Source: Gaiellales bacterium
GTDB taxonomy: Bacteria; Actinomycetota; Thermoleophilia; Gaiellales; JAICJC01
Reading direction: 5' to 3'
Assembly (NCBI GenBank): GCA_051955775.1
Contig: JBQCGJ010000111.1
Span: 1 to 49,657, forward strand
DNA: 49,657 nt
Shown here: positions 49,436 through 49,657 of the stretch, one piece after another
Numbering within the stretch: position 1 is the stretch's first letter
Layout: every line of letters starts with the position of its first letter
Translations under genes and position numbers: made by a program
The notes under the pieces: model-generated
What the model saw: only the letters and a program-made list of their open reading frames with translations
Database searches by the model: none
Told to the model about the DNA's origin: nothing

Positions 49436-49657
49436 TCATCGCCAGCGTGCGGACGCCGCTGCCTGGGCGGGGTCGGGCGAAGTCGCGGCGCCGGTGATCA
49501 GCCGCTCGCGGTCGAACAGCTGCGACACGACCTTCCACGCGCCGATGTCGATGGCCAGCAGCGCCACCGCGATGCCGGCCACCAGCGGCACGCTGGGGGT
49601 GATGACCTGGAACGAGATCAGCGAGGTGAACCCGAGCAGCGGCAGCCCGGCCAGCGT
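49436..49657 (-). CDS. 3' end of an ABC-2-type transporter permease-like gene (partial; 5' end beyond window)
   Basis: The minus-strand frame is open from the window edge to TGA at 49436-49438. It reads TLAGLPLLGFTSLISFQVITPSVPLVAGIAVALLAIDIGAWKVVSQLFDRERLIT..., which has the hydrophobic C-terminal helices and the F-x-RE-x-LIT ending typical of ABC-2 permeases. It is not in the ORF track because there is no start in the window. Confidence 0.45.
   Translation of the reverse strand, partial: TLAGLPLLGFTSLISFQVITPSVPLVAGIAVALLAIDIGAWKVVSQLFDRERLITGAATSPDPAQAAASARWR

Noticed and set aside
1-49657. tRNA, rRNA, riboswitch or mobile-element (IS/transposase/integrase) content.
   Set aside because: Scanning the intergenic regions by eye showed no cloverleaf-compatible segments, no rRNA-like stretches, no transposase or recombinase motifs in any ORF and no terminal inverted repeats flanking a gene. 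A covariance-model or ISfinder search would be needed to exclude small elements.

Overview
Very GC-rich window (about 70% G+C by eye). The gene content looks like Actinomycetota: Hanks-type kinases, PASTA domains, a SigJ-like ECF sigma factor and an LtrA-family protein. I support about 50 genes. I found no rRNA, tRNA, CRISPR array, transposase or integrase. All family calls come from reading the supplied translations for motifs, not from database searches. Many long ORFs in the track are alternative-frame artefacts of the GC content (Arg/Pro/Gly/Ala-rich), and I trimmed several N-terminal extensions to starts that fit the neighbouring gene.

Flanks (1-13.3 kb and 41.1-49.7 kb): ordinary or accessory functions. 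These include LtrA-like, TlyA, an FAD oxidoreductase plus VOC pair, a lipoprotein, an O-antigen-ligase-like protein, a secreted NHL propeller, SCP2, an amylo-alpha-1,6-glucosidase, HAD, an ECF sigma factor, PhnB-like VOC, an SDR epimerase, DUF892, isochorismatase, a STAS plus HTH::RsbW-like pair, a DHFR-like protein, GFA and a TrxR-like flavoprotein.

Core (13.4-34.0 kb, minus strand): a complete, tightly coupled contractile injection system (phage-tail-like, eCIS/CIS-type) operon. In transcription order it encodes DUF4157, an AAA+ ATPase, a DUF4255 cap, a small pseudo-receiver-like protein, sheath, tube, two small chaperone-like proteins, a Pro/Ala-rich tape-measure-like protein, a tube initiator, a LysM protein, the VgrG spike, gp25, gpJ and gpI.

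The most unusual part is what sits where a tail fibre and PAAR would normally be:
- a zinc-ribbon / TM / 3x PASTA / PD40-propeller membrane protein;
- a zinc-ribbon / FHA / M50 site-2-protease-like membrane protein;
- a signal-less NlpC/P60 plus SLT-like peptidoglycan hydrolase;
- a convergent DUF4280 (PAAR-like) gene and an orphan LuxR-type response regulator at the boundary.

Divergent from the operon head (34.0-41.1 kb, plus strand) are two membrane Ser/Thr kinases and a non-kinase membrane protein with NHL-like repeats and 3x PASTA. My main hypothesis is that this is a fibre-less, membrane-tethered CIS gated by cell-wall sensing (PASTA), Thr phosphorylation (kinase to FHA) and possibly intramembrane proteolysis.

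Secondary observations: a lower-GC intergenic islet with a promoter, two Shine-Dalgarno-led small ORFs and a perfect 17-bp palindrome; a truncated chemoreceptor remnant; a small family of nested palindromic intergenic repeats; and a direct-repeat operator candidate upstream of the STAS / HTH::RsbW-like pair.
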